Of a DNA stretch of 64,000 nt, positions 30,951 to 38,691 are shown piece after piece (positions within the stretch are counted from its first letter, which is position 1; the number at the start of each line of letters is the position of its first letter). The notes under the pieces are model-generated. The model worked only from the letters and a program-made list of their open reading frames with translations, searched no databases and had not been told where the DNA came from. The stretch lies in the NCBI GenBank assembly GCA_964615205.1, contig CAZTQA010000002.1, positions 125,267 to 189,266 of the forward strand, written 5' to 3'. The position numbers and the translations under genes are program-made. This stretch comes from an uncultured Candidatus Saccharibacteria bacterium. Its GTDB lineage: Bacteria; Patescibacteriota; Minisyncoccia; Minisyncoccales; JAGMDC01.

Positions 30951-31613
30951 ATGAAAAGAGAAAAAGTGTCTGGCTACGCCAGATCTGGCGAAGCCAGAAA
31001 AGTTATTTTTGAAAATAATGATTTGCTGGTTATAGACAAACCGGCTGGAGTTAATTCTGATGATTTTGAAATGAGAATCCATCGCTTGGACAAAGACACT
31101 TCCGGAATTCTGTTAATAGCCAAAAACCAATCTGCTCTTGATTTTTTTCAAAAACAGTTTAAAAATAGAACGGTAGTCAAAAAATATTCAGCTTTGGTTT
31201 ACAAAACCCCAAAAAATGATTTCGGAAAGATAGAAACTCTTATAGGGCGTTCCTTGAAAGACGGCAAAAAACAAAAAATCTATCTTTTCAGAGAACCAGA
31301 TGCTCAAAGAAAAGGATTAAGGCAAGCGGTTACTGATTATAGAGTAATTAAAAGATATAAAGAATTTACTTTAATTGAAGCTGAACCCAAAACCGGCCGC
31401 AAGCATCAAATCAGATGCCACTTAGCTTATTTAGGTCACCCTGTGACGGGAGATAAAGTTTACGGATTCAAAAACCAGCCTCTACCTAAAGGATTGAAAA
31501 GACAGTTTCTTCACGCCGGCTATATTAAAATAACTATGATAGACGGCACAAAAAAAGAATTTAAATCTGAATTGCCACAAGATTTAAAACAAATTCTATG
31601 TCAAATAAATTAG
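30951..31613 (+). CDS. RluA-family pseudouridine synthase (short form, no S4 domain)
   Basis: LLVIDKPAG and the HRLDKDTSG catalytic motif, plus GRKHQIRCHLA. Confidence 0.75.
   Translation: MKREKVSGYARSGEARKVIFENNDLLVIDKPAGVNSDDFEMRIHRLDKDTSGILLIAKNQSALDFFQKQFKNRTVVKKYSALVYKTPKNDFGKIETLIGRSLKDGKKQKIYLFREPDAQRKGLRQAVTDYRVIKRYKEFTLIEAEPKTGRKHQIRCHLAYLGHPVTGDKVYGFKNQPLPKGLKRQFLHAGYIKITMIDGTKKEFKSELPQDLKQILCQIN
30969..30998. repeat. 30-bp near-perfect palindrome, family D copy 1 (inside the RluA-like gene)
   Basis: tctggctacgccaga/tctggcgaagccaga (one arm mismatch), translated as SGYARSGEAR. Matches the reverse complement of the copy at 53669..53698 at 27/30. Confidence 0.75.
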
Positions 31614-31999
31614 TTTCTCAATTTAATAAATCCCAAATAAAGACAGATTTACCGAACATCAGGCCCGGTGATACTGTTCGTATTCATCAAATCATTCCTG
31701 TTGTCAGCGGGATGAGAAGCAAGAAAGTTAAAAAAGTAGAAAAAGAAGAAAAAGAAAAAACCCAGATTTTTGAGGGTATAGTTTTGGCGCGCAAGCATGG
31801 AAAAGGAATCAATTCCACTATAACTGTAAGAAAAGTAATCTCTGGGATAGGAGTAGAAAAGATTATTCCTATTCACTCTCCTCTCGTAAAAAAAATAGAA
31901 ATCCTCAAAAGAGGAAAAGTAAGAAGGGCAAAATTGTTCTACCTAAGAACAGCCAAAGGAAGAAAAGCCCGCTTAAAAGCTAAAGAAATAAAGTCCTAA
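31598..31999 (+). CDS. rplS: 50S ribosomal protein L19 (with a Lys/Glu-rich internal insertion)
   Basis: IRPGDTVRIH...IFEGIVLARKHGKGINSTITVRK...GVEKIIPIHSP...RRAKLFYLR. Confidence 0.85.
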   Translation: MSNKLVSQFNKSQIKTDLPNIRPGDTVRIHQIIPVVSGMRSKKVKKVEKEEKEKTQIFEGIVLARKHGKGINSTITVRKVISGIGVEKIIPIHSPLVKKIEILKRGKVRRAKLFYLRTAKGRKARLKAKEIKS

Positions 32000-32084
32000 G
32001 CCCAGGTGGTGGAATTGGTATACACACATGGTTGAGGGCCATGGCTCATTTTTGGGCGTGCGGGTTCAAGTCCCGCCCTGGGCA
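32000..32084 (+). tRNA. tRNA-Leu (anticodon GAG)
   Basis: Acceptor GCCCAGG/CCTGGGC, anticodon arm CATGG-TTGAGGG-CCATG, long variable arm, T arm GCGGG-TTCAAGT-CCCGC. Starts directly after the rplS stop. Confidence 0.85.
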
Positions 32085-32089
32085 CATCT
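32067..32089 (+). repeat. 23-bp direct repeat, copy 1 (tRNA-Leu 3-prime end)
   Basis: caagtcccgccctgggcacatct, identical to 32146..32168. Confidence 0.8.
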
Positions 32090-32105
32090 CAAAACTATAA
32101 GGGTT

Positions 32106-32145
32106 CACCCGGTTATTCAACCGGGTGCCCGGTCGTATGACCGGG
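32106..32145. repeat. two adjacent G+C-rich hairpins between the direct repeats
   Basis: cacccggtt-attc-aaccgggtg (32106..32127) and cccggtc-gtat-gaccggg (32128..32145). Confidence 0.6.
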
Positions 32146-32168
32146 CAAGTCCCGCCCTGGGCACATCT
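32146..32168 (+). repeat. 23-bp direct repeat, copy 2
   Basis: caagtcccgccctgggcacatct. Abuts the stop codon of the minus-strand ferritin-like gene. Confidence 0.8.
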
Positions 32169-32449
32169 TATTCAGACAATTCTTCAACCTCTTCCCTGCC
32201 CTCCTCCAATTCTTTTTCCTGTTCCTTGTCTCTTTGGAGAAGAAGAGCTTCAAACTCACCAACATGAGTTTTTTCTTCTTTAGCAATATCCATTAAAACT
32301 TTTCTAATGTTTTCATCATCAGTCATTGAAGCTAGCTGTTCGTAAAGATTGACTGCATCCAGTTCAGCAATTATGCCTACTCTTAAAATTTCTTGGTCTA
32401 TATTTTCTTTGGGTACTTTCTCTAAATTGATAGGAATTTGTGAAAGCAT
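32168..32449 (-). CDS. EncFtn-like (encapsulated-ferritin family) ferritin-like protein without a recognisable encapsulin targeting tail
   Basis: 93 aa. AELDAVNLYEQ and AKEEKTHVGEF place Glu29, Glu59 and His62 at the same E...30 aa...E-x-x-H spacing I recall for EncFtn ferroxidase ligands. Acidic C-terminus. Confidence 0.55.
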   Translation of the reverse strand: MLSQIPINLEKVPKENIDQEILRVGIIAELDAVNLYEQLASMTDDENIRKVLMDIAKEEKTHVGEFEALLLQRDKEQEKELEEGREEVEELSE

Positions 32450-32504
32450 ATTTTTTATTATTGTACATTATACGCGACCTTTCTAATTTTATTCTAACAT
32501 TTAT

Positions 32505-32852
32505 TTATACGCGGTTGAAGTCATCTTCTAAACGTTCAATATCATCCTCTTCTAAATATTCGCCTAATTCAACTTCAAAGACCTCTAAATTAGAATGGCC
32601 TGTGTTTTCTAAGCGGTGTATTTCTTCTTTTTTTATAATAATACTATCTCCCTGTTTTAAATTCATTTCTTTTTCTCCCTTAATAGCTTTCGCCTGCCCC
32701 TTAGTAATAACCCAGTATTCTTTTCTGTGTTTGTGTCTTTGCAGACTCAATCTTTTTTGTGGCAAAATAATTATTTTTTTAATTTTAAAACCCTGGTCCT
32801 GACCAATTATTTCAAAATATCCCCAAGGTTTTTGTGTTTTCTCTCTTGTCAT
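32505..32852 (-). CDS. cupin protein resembling the C-terminal cupin domain of type II phosphomannose isomerase
   Basis: 115 aa: KPWGYFE...LSLQRHKHRKEYWVITKG...GDSIIIKKEEIHRLEN. Confidence 0.65.
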   Translation of the reverse strand: MTREKTQKPWGYFEIIGQDQGFKIKKIIILPQKRLSLQRHKHRKEYWVITKGQAKAIKGEKEMNLKQGDSIIIKKEEIHRLENTGHSNLEVFEVELGEYLEEDDIERLEDDFNRV

Positions 32853-35410
32853 AATTTTATCTTTAAAGTAACTATTTCAAAAGGATTAATAGTAAATTCC
32901 ATAATATTTTTATTGAGCTTTATTTTCTTGCTTATTTTTTTATCCTCTTTCTCAAGCAGATTAACTGTCTGTACATCTTTGATGTCTTTAAAAGAATTTA
33001 TCCTTGCCCTTGTCTTCTTGCCGGAAATTTCATAAACCCTGACAATAAAACCATTATTTTTCTCTGCCTTTTTAAAAGCACTTAGCAAAACATTATCTGG
33101 TTCAACTTTCAAAAATGAATTTTCTGCCCTACATTTTCTGTCCGGCTCCACCTGAAGAGCTGCTAACTTATTATTGACTTGCCAGGCCTGTTTCCAAACC
33201 TTGGCTTTCTTCCAATCATTTTGATGAGGATAAATGGAATAGTTAAAAACATAATTCCTAAATTCCCGAGCTTCAGACACAGGAATAATAGGACCGGCTT
33301 TGCCATCAGAAGAAAGCACCTCCACCGACCTTAATAAGGTTAGATACATACAATTATCTCTGACTTCATTTTCCGGATTACCTGTATTTATAAGGGTTAA
33401 CCCCTTTCTTTGGTCGCTGTAATCAAACCATTGCCAGCAAGGAAAAATACCCGGACATTCTTCATAATAAGAGGCGCACTTTAAATGATATTGGTCAGTT
33501 TTTCTCTCTGTTGTTCCAAACTGACTTTCAGAAACATATTTATCTTGATTGACTTTAGTGTCAAATCCTACCCTTATTCTTATTTTGGGATGATTGTTTT
33601 CTACTTCGGTTACAAAATCGATTCTGGGTAATTCTTTGTAAATAATCATTTTCTTTCTAAATTTAATAAAGGGATACCTCCAGATTTGGGGCTTCAAACT
33701 ATCTACTAATCTATAAGGCCATCTCAAAGAAAAGTAATCAGTTTCAATGTTAATAATTTTTCTTAAATTAGAATCTTGTGTATTGTAATTTCTGATTTTA
33801 AAAGTTCCGTATTTTAAACCTTTTCCACTTTCAGTTTTTAGAGGAAAATTAAAACTTTCTTTATGATTATAGAGGTCTCCCGATTCATCATCTAAAACTA
33901 TCTCATTGCCTTTACATAAAAGCTTGTTTCTCTGAAAAACTTCAATTAATCCATCTTCTTTAGAAAACTTAACATTGAAAAATTTGTTTTTAATAAGATT
34001 GTTGTTCTGTTTAAGAAAAAAGCTTTCATCTATTTGGGGTTTAGCACTCATAATTCTGTAAACCTTATAGCCCAGTGCTGGAACATCGGCTACAAAACCT
34101 ATCTTAATTCTCTTCAAAGAATTATCTGAATATCTCTGGGATTCTATCTCTTCAACTTCCTTCTCTATATTCTGGTTTTTAACCCCAGTTATTTTGAAAA
34201 CCTTCCCTTGTTTAAAATCTAACTCGCACTCCACCCAATCAGACACATCCCAGGATAATGAATTGAAAACAGCTATCTCCTCAAAATTGGGGGAGGTCGA
34301 ACCTCCCCCAATTTTGGAATTATTGATAAGTATTGAGTTTAAAACATAATTAAAAGGATCTGGAATTCTGCTCTTTAAAAAACTAATGTTTTCTTTAGCT
34401 TCAGTGTACCCGGAATCCACACCTGTGCCAGGAACTACATCATGAAAAGCTAAAAACAAAACTTTCTTCCATAAGTTTCTCAAATTGATAGGGCATTTAT
34501 TTCCTAAAAGAGAATTGATAGAACTGAATTTTTCAAAACCAATTAAACTATTTTCGCATTCACGCAAATCTTTTTTGAGCCAAATCCTGGTAGAGGCTGT
34601 GCCTGGAAAGACGCGGGAATATCTGCCTGAATACATTTCTCCTTTTCTGACGCGAAGTTTTTTTTGCTCTTTCTCCAAACTCCTGAAAAATTCAGAGACA
34701 AGAGCTATCTTCATTTTGGATTTATGTTTTCGGTTCCATTTTTTAACCGCTGACATTGTTTCTTCTTGAGGCAGAGTTACTCCGCTGCCAGAAGGCATTA
34801 AAATATTTTTAGTCGCCGCCCAGCCTTTTAATTTAGTATAACTTTCTTCTAATTTGGTTAGATCTAAACCGGCCCTATATCCTAAGGGCATAAAATGAGA
34901 AATAATCTTTGTTCCATCCAGTCCTTGCCATATAAATTCAGAAAATTTTCTTTGAAAAGCTCCCCTTCTGAAAGCCACGTATTTATAACCGCATTTACGA
35001 TATACTTGGGGAAGCTGATTATTAAGCCCGAAACTGTCTGCCTGCCACATTACTTCAACATCTTTGTTGAAGTTTTCTTCCACGAAATCTTTACCCACAG
35101 CTATTTCCCTCACCAAGGTTTCACCTTGGGGAAACATAGTATCTGCCATTAAATATTCTCCATCAGCAATCTCAATTTTGTCTTCTTGAATATATTTTTT
35201 AATTTTTCTAAAAAGCTCCGGGTATTTATTTTTGATTTCTTCTAATAAATATGTCTGTTCAATCAAAAAGCGATAATCTTTTTCTTTTTCCATCAAGATT
35301 ACAACTTTCTTTAAAATTAAATCTATATTGATATGAAAATAATCTTCTCGGGTAAAAACCCAAACCGCATCATAATGAGTATGTGGAACTAAATAAATTT
35401 CATTTTTCAT
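32849..35410 (-). CDS. GH38 alpha-mannosidase family protein
   Basis: LVPHTHYDAVW N-terminal GH38 signature and family-typical length. Start set at ATG 35410 (MKNEIYLVPH), giving an 11-nt overlap with the upstream gene. Confidence 0.8.
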   Translation of the reverse strand: MKNEIYLVPHTHYDAVWVFTREDYFHINIDLILKKVVILMEKEKDYRFLIEQTYLLEEIKNKYPELFRKIKKYIQEDKIEIADGEYLMADTMFPQGETLVREIAVGKDFVEENFNKDVEVMWQADSFGLNNQLPQVYRKCGYKYVAFRRGAFQRKFSEFIWQGLDGTKIISHFMPLGYRAGLDLTKLEESYTKLKGWAATKNILMPSGSGVTLPQEETMSAVKKWNRKHKSKMKIALVSEFFRSLEKEQKKLRVRKGEMYSGRYSRVFPGTASTRIWLKKDLRECENSLIGFEKFSSINSLLGNKCPINLRNLWKKVLFLAFHDVVPGTGVDSGYTEAKENISFLKSRIPDPFNYVLNSILINNSKIGGGSTSPNFEEIAVFNSLSWDVSDWVECELDFKQGKVFKITGVKNQNIEKEVEEIESQRYSDNSLKRIKIGFVADVPALGYKVYRIMSAKPQIDESFFLKQNNNLIKNKFFNVKFSKEDGLIEVFQRNKLLCKGNEIVLDDESGDLYNHKESFNFPLKTESGKGLKYGTFKIRNYNTQDSNLRKIINIETDYFSLRWPYRLVDSLKPQIWRYPFIKFRKKMIIYKELPRIDFVTEVENNHPKIRIRVGFDTKVNQDKYVSESQFGTTERKTDQYHLKCASYYEECPGIFPCWQWFDYSDQRKGLTLINTGNPENEVRDNCMYLTLLRSVEVLSSDGKAGPIIPVSEAREFRNYVFNYSIYPHQNDWKKAKVWKQAWQVNNKLAALQVEPDRKCRAENSFLKVEPDNVLLSAFKKAEKNNGFIVRVYEISGKKTRARINSFKDIKDVQTVNLLEKEDKKISKKIKLNKNIMEFTINPFEIVTLKIKL

Positions 35411-36125
35411 GTAAGATAATTCTTTTAATTGATTTCGCCCATTCTTGAGGACCATTTTTAACAAGAATAGGAATATCTACATTTTTTAACATTGGCTTGT
35501 CATTCTCTGAATCGCCCAAACCAATAGTGATTATTTTTCCAAACTCCTTCTTATACATCTGGGTTAATAATTTAACTGCTTTTCCTTTATCTGCTTTTTT
35601 GCCAAAAACTTGGATAAACCTGCCTCCAGAAACAACATTGAATTCCTTTTTTAACTCTTTTAAAGCTTTTTTATCTGATTCAACCACTGTCTCTCCAAAT
35701 TCCCTTTTTTTTGCCAACTTAGCCCTCCCTAATTTCAGTCCTGTAATTTCAGCCACTTGTTTAGCGGTCATATCTTTGTATCCTTTTATTTTATATTTTC
35801 TCTGCAAAGTTTTAATTTCTTTTTTAATTTTATCAGACTGAATTCCTAAAACAACTTTTAAGGTGTTAATTTGTTTAAAATAATTTTTAGGAACATAAAC
35901 AGCCGAGCCATTTTCTACTATAATGGGGTGATTTAATCTCATTTTTCTGCGGAAAACACTTTGTTCTGCCTTTGTTTTGGCAGAGCAAAAAATTACAGGG
36001 ATTTTCTTCTTTTTTAAAATATTTAAAACCGGCTCTGCCGGTTTAAAAGAATAAGCTTTATTAAGCAGGGTTCCGTCTAAATCAGTAAAAATTATATATT
36101 GTGTATTCTTTGCTTTTTTAAGCAT
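35400..36125 (-). CDS. HAD-IIB phosphatase of the mannosyl-3-phosphoglycerate phosphatase (MpgP/YedP) family
   Basis: IIFTDLDGTLL...PVIFCSAKTKAE...IVENGSAV parallels E. coli YedP as remembered. A GDSENDKPML motif lies near the C-terminus. Confidence 0.7.
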   Translation of the reverse strand: MLKKAKNTQYIIFTDLDGTLLNKAYSFKPAEPVLNILKKKKIPVIFCSAKTKAEQSVFRRKMRLNHPIIVENGSAVYVPKNYFKQINTLKVVLGIQSDKIKKEIKTLQRKYKIKGYKDMTAKQVAEITGLKLGRAKLAKKREFGETVVESDKKALKELKKEFNVVSGGRFIQVFGKKADKGKAVKLLTQMYKKEFGKIITIGLGDSENDKPMLKNVDIPILVKNGPQEWAKSIKRIILHEK

Positions 36126-36131
36126 TGACTA

Positions 36132-36431
36132 TTATAGAATACTCCAGAACCTCCATTCATGGGGTACATCAACTCCGTAAATACGCAGATGAAAAAAATC
36201 GTTTAAATCGCTTACAAAATGACCTATACCGAAAAAAATCAATGGCAAAGCCCAAAAATTATCATAAAAAACAATCCCGACAATAATTACAAACAAACCA
36301 TAAATCCAATGGTGAGGAGTTTTCTTCGTCGTTAGATATTCGTTATTTCGGTATTTATCTCCAATTCTCCCAATAGCAAACCCCACAAACAAAGCTGATA
36401 TGTAAATTGAAACTAAAATTAAGAAATTCAT
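36132..36431 (-). CDS. small integral membrane protein, unknown function
   Basis: 99 aa with three predicted TM helices. Confidence 0.4.
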   Translation of the reverse strand: MNFLILVSIYISALFVGFAIGRIGDKYRNNEYLTTKKTPHHWIYGLFVIIVGIVFYDNFWALPLIFFGIGHFVSDLNDFFHLRIYGVDVPHEWRFWSIL

Positions 36432-36457
36432 TGTTAATTAGTTTATAATAATATAAT

Positions 36458-38593
36458 ATGGAAATGATGGCAACAATGGATTTATCCACACCAATTGAAA
36501 AAATCTTTGGCATTGGCCCGGTTTTTCAAAAAAAACTAAAAAGAATAGGGGTTAAAACTGTCCGCGACCTATTTTATCATTTTCCTCACCGTTATGAGGA
36601 CTTTTCCAATATTATTTCTGTTTCCAAAGTAAAATTAAATGAAAATGTTTGTATTTTGGGGAAAATCCTGGAGATAAAAAATAGCCGAACCTGGAAAAAA
36701 AGAATGATTTTAACCCAAGCCATTGTTCAGGATAAAAACGGGGCCATAAAAGTGGTCTGGTTCAACCAGCCCTATCTAACCAGAACTTTAAAAATAAATG
36801 ATAATGTCTGTTTGGCTGGAAAAACTACCTTGGGAGAAGATGGACTATATCTTTCTAATCCTGCCTATGAGAAAATTACCGACTATAAACCACAAACCAT
36901 AAACTTAACCCACACCGGCCGATTGGTGCCCGTATATCCGGAAACAGAGGGACTTTCTTCGCGCTGGCTAAGATATATTTTAAAGCCCCTCTTATTTAAA
37001 TTTCAGAATCAGATTCCGGAAATCATTCCTCCTCAAATACTCCAAGAAAATAAGCTTTTGCCAATCAAAAAATCCCTCTGGCAGGTTCACTTCCCAGATT
37101 CTTTAGATTCGGCTCAAAAAGCCAAACAAAGATTTTCTTTTGAGGAATTGTTTTTAATTGAATTGGCTGTTTTAAAATCCAGGATGCGCCTCAATGAACA
37201 GAAATCAATATCCATTCCTATGAACATTGATTTGATCAAACGTTTTGTCCAGGGTTTGGGTTTTAAATTAACGGACGACCAAAGAAAATCTAGCTGGCAA
37301 ATTATGAAAGATTTAGAAAAAACCAGGCCTATGAACCGGCTTCTGGAAGGAGATGTTGGTTCTGGCAAAACAATTGTGGCTTTGATAGCTGCTTTAGAAA
37401 CCATTAAAGCTGGCTATCAGGCGGCTTTTATGGCTCCTACAGAAATTTTAGCTAAGCAGCATTTCAAAGAAGTAGCTTCTCGTTTTAAAAACTTTAATAT
37501 TAATATTGGTTTGTTAACCGGGAAAGAAGACAAGTTTATTTCTAAAAAATTAAAACAGGAACCGATTGAAATTTCTAGAAACAAGCTTTTAGAGAAGAGT
37601 CTGAAAAAAGAAATAGATATTTTGATTGGTACTCATGCTTTAATTCAGGATAGGGTTAAATTTGGCAATTTGGCTTTAGTAATTCTAGACGAACAACATC
37701 GTTTCGGCGTAGAACAGCGCGCCCGCCTTGCAGGGACAGGAGGGGGACTGTCCCCCTCCTGTCCCCATCTATTGTCTATGACCGCCACCCCTATCCCCCG
37801 CAGCCTGGCTTTGACTATATACGGCGACCTTGACCTGTCTTTGATAGAACAGCTTCCCAAGGGAAGGAAAAAAATAATTACTAAAATAGTTCCTCTGACT
37901 GAAAGAAATAAAACCTATAGTTTTATTAAAAAAGAAATAAAAAAGGGAAGACAAGTATTCATTATCTATCCCAGAATTGAAGCTAATAATGATGAAACGC
38001 TCACGGAGACCAAAGCTGTAAAGCAGGAATACGAAAGATTGTCAAAAAAAGTTTTTCCAGATTTAAAATTAGCTATGCTTCATGGAAAAATGACCCCAAA
38101 GGAGAAAGAGAAGATAATGCTTGACCTAAAGAATAGAAAAACAGATATTCTGGTTTCCACCTCTGTGATAGAAGTAGGCATTGACGTACCTAATGCTACA
38201 GTTATGCTTATAGAGGGAGCAGAAAGATTTGGTTTAGCTCAATTACATCAGTTTAGGGGAAGAGTGGGGCGTTCAAAGTACCAATCCTATTGTTTTCTTT
38301 TGACAGAATCACCGGCAAGAAAAACCCACCAAAGATTAAAAGCTCTGATTTCAGCCCAAAATGGGTTTGAATTGGCAGAAAAAGATCTGCAGATAAGGGG
38401 GCCAGGAGATTTTAGCGGAACAAGACAGTGGGGTATTCCAGATTTAATAATGGATTCTTTGAAAGATTTTTCTTTAGTGGAAAAAACTAGAGAAGCAGCT
38501 AAAAGAATATTAGAAAAAGACAAACAATTAAAAAATTATCCTTGGCTCAAAGAAAGATTAAAAGAATTTAATCAAAGGATTCATTTAGAGTAA
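36458..38593 (+). CDS. recG: ATP-dependent DNA helicase RecG
   Basis: Wedge/OB N-terminus, GDVGSGKT, DEQHRFGV, MTATPIPR, and RGRVGR. Confidence 0.9.
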   Translation: MEMMATMDLSTPIEKIFGIGPVFQKKLKRIGVKTVRDLFYHFPHRYEDFSNIISVSKVKLNENVCILGKILEIKNSRTWKKRMILTQAIVQDKNGAIKVVWFNQPYLTRTLKINDNVCLAGKTTLGEDGLYLSNPAYEKITDYKPQTINLTHTGRLVPVYPETEGLSSRWLRYILKPLLFKFQNQIPEIIPPQILQENKLLPIKKSLWQVHFPDSLDSAQKAKQRFSFEELFLIELAVLKSRMRLNEQKSISIPMNIDLIKRFVQGLGFKLTDDQRKSSWQIMKDLEKTRPMNRLLEGDVGSGKTIVALIAALETIKAGYQAAFMAPTEILAKQHFKEVASRFKNFNINIGLLTGKEDKFISKKLKQEPIEISRNKLLEKSLKKEIDILIGTHALIQDRVKFGNLALVILDEQHRFGVEQRARLAGTGGGLSPSCPHLLSMTATPIPRSLALTIYGDLDLSLIEQLPKGRKKIITKIVPLTERNKTYSFIKKEIKKGRQVFIIYPRIEANNDETLTETKAVKQEYERLSKKVFPDLKLAMLHGKMTPKEKEKIMLDLKNRKTDILVSTSVIEVGIDVPNATVMLIEGAERFGLAQLHQFRGRVGRSKYQSYCFLLTESPARKTHQRLKALISAQNGFELAEKDLQIRGPGDFSGTRQWGIPDLIMDSLKDFSLVEKTREAAKRILEKDKQLKNYPWLKERLKEFNQRIHLE
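37743..37775. repeat. 33-bp perfect palindrome, family A copy 1 (in frame inside recG)
   Basis: gggacaggagggggac-t-gtccccctcctgtccc, translated as GTGGGLSPSCP between helicase motifs II and III. Matches the copy at 55007..55039 at 30/33. Confidence 0.8.
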
Positions 38594-38596
38594 GAG

Positions 38597-38668
38597 CGAC
38601 CCTACGGAGAGTCGAACTCCGGTTTTCAGGATGAAAACCTGATGTCCTAGCCACTAGACGATAGGGTC
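38597..38668 (-). tRNA. tRNA-Glu (anticodon UUC)
   Basis: Minus strand: acceptor GACCCTA/TAGGGTC, anticodon arm TCAGG-TTTTCAT-CCTGA, T arm CGGAG-TTCGACT-CTCCG. Confidence 0.85.
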
Positions 38669-38691
38669 ATTCGCTTAAATATTACCTTAAA

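Noticed and set aside
32028-32267. 79-aa plus-strand ORF
   Set aside because: It is composed of tRNA-Leu(GAG), the hairpin cassette, and antisense sequence of the ferritin-like gene, so it is not coding.
32000-36431. Calling an integrated mobile element at tRNA-Leu(GAG)
   Set aside because: The direct repeats are only 56 bp apart. No integrase, excisionase or third repeat copy is seen up to 36.4 kb. It is reported only as a scar-like repeat.
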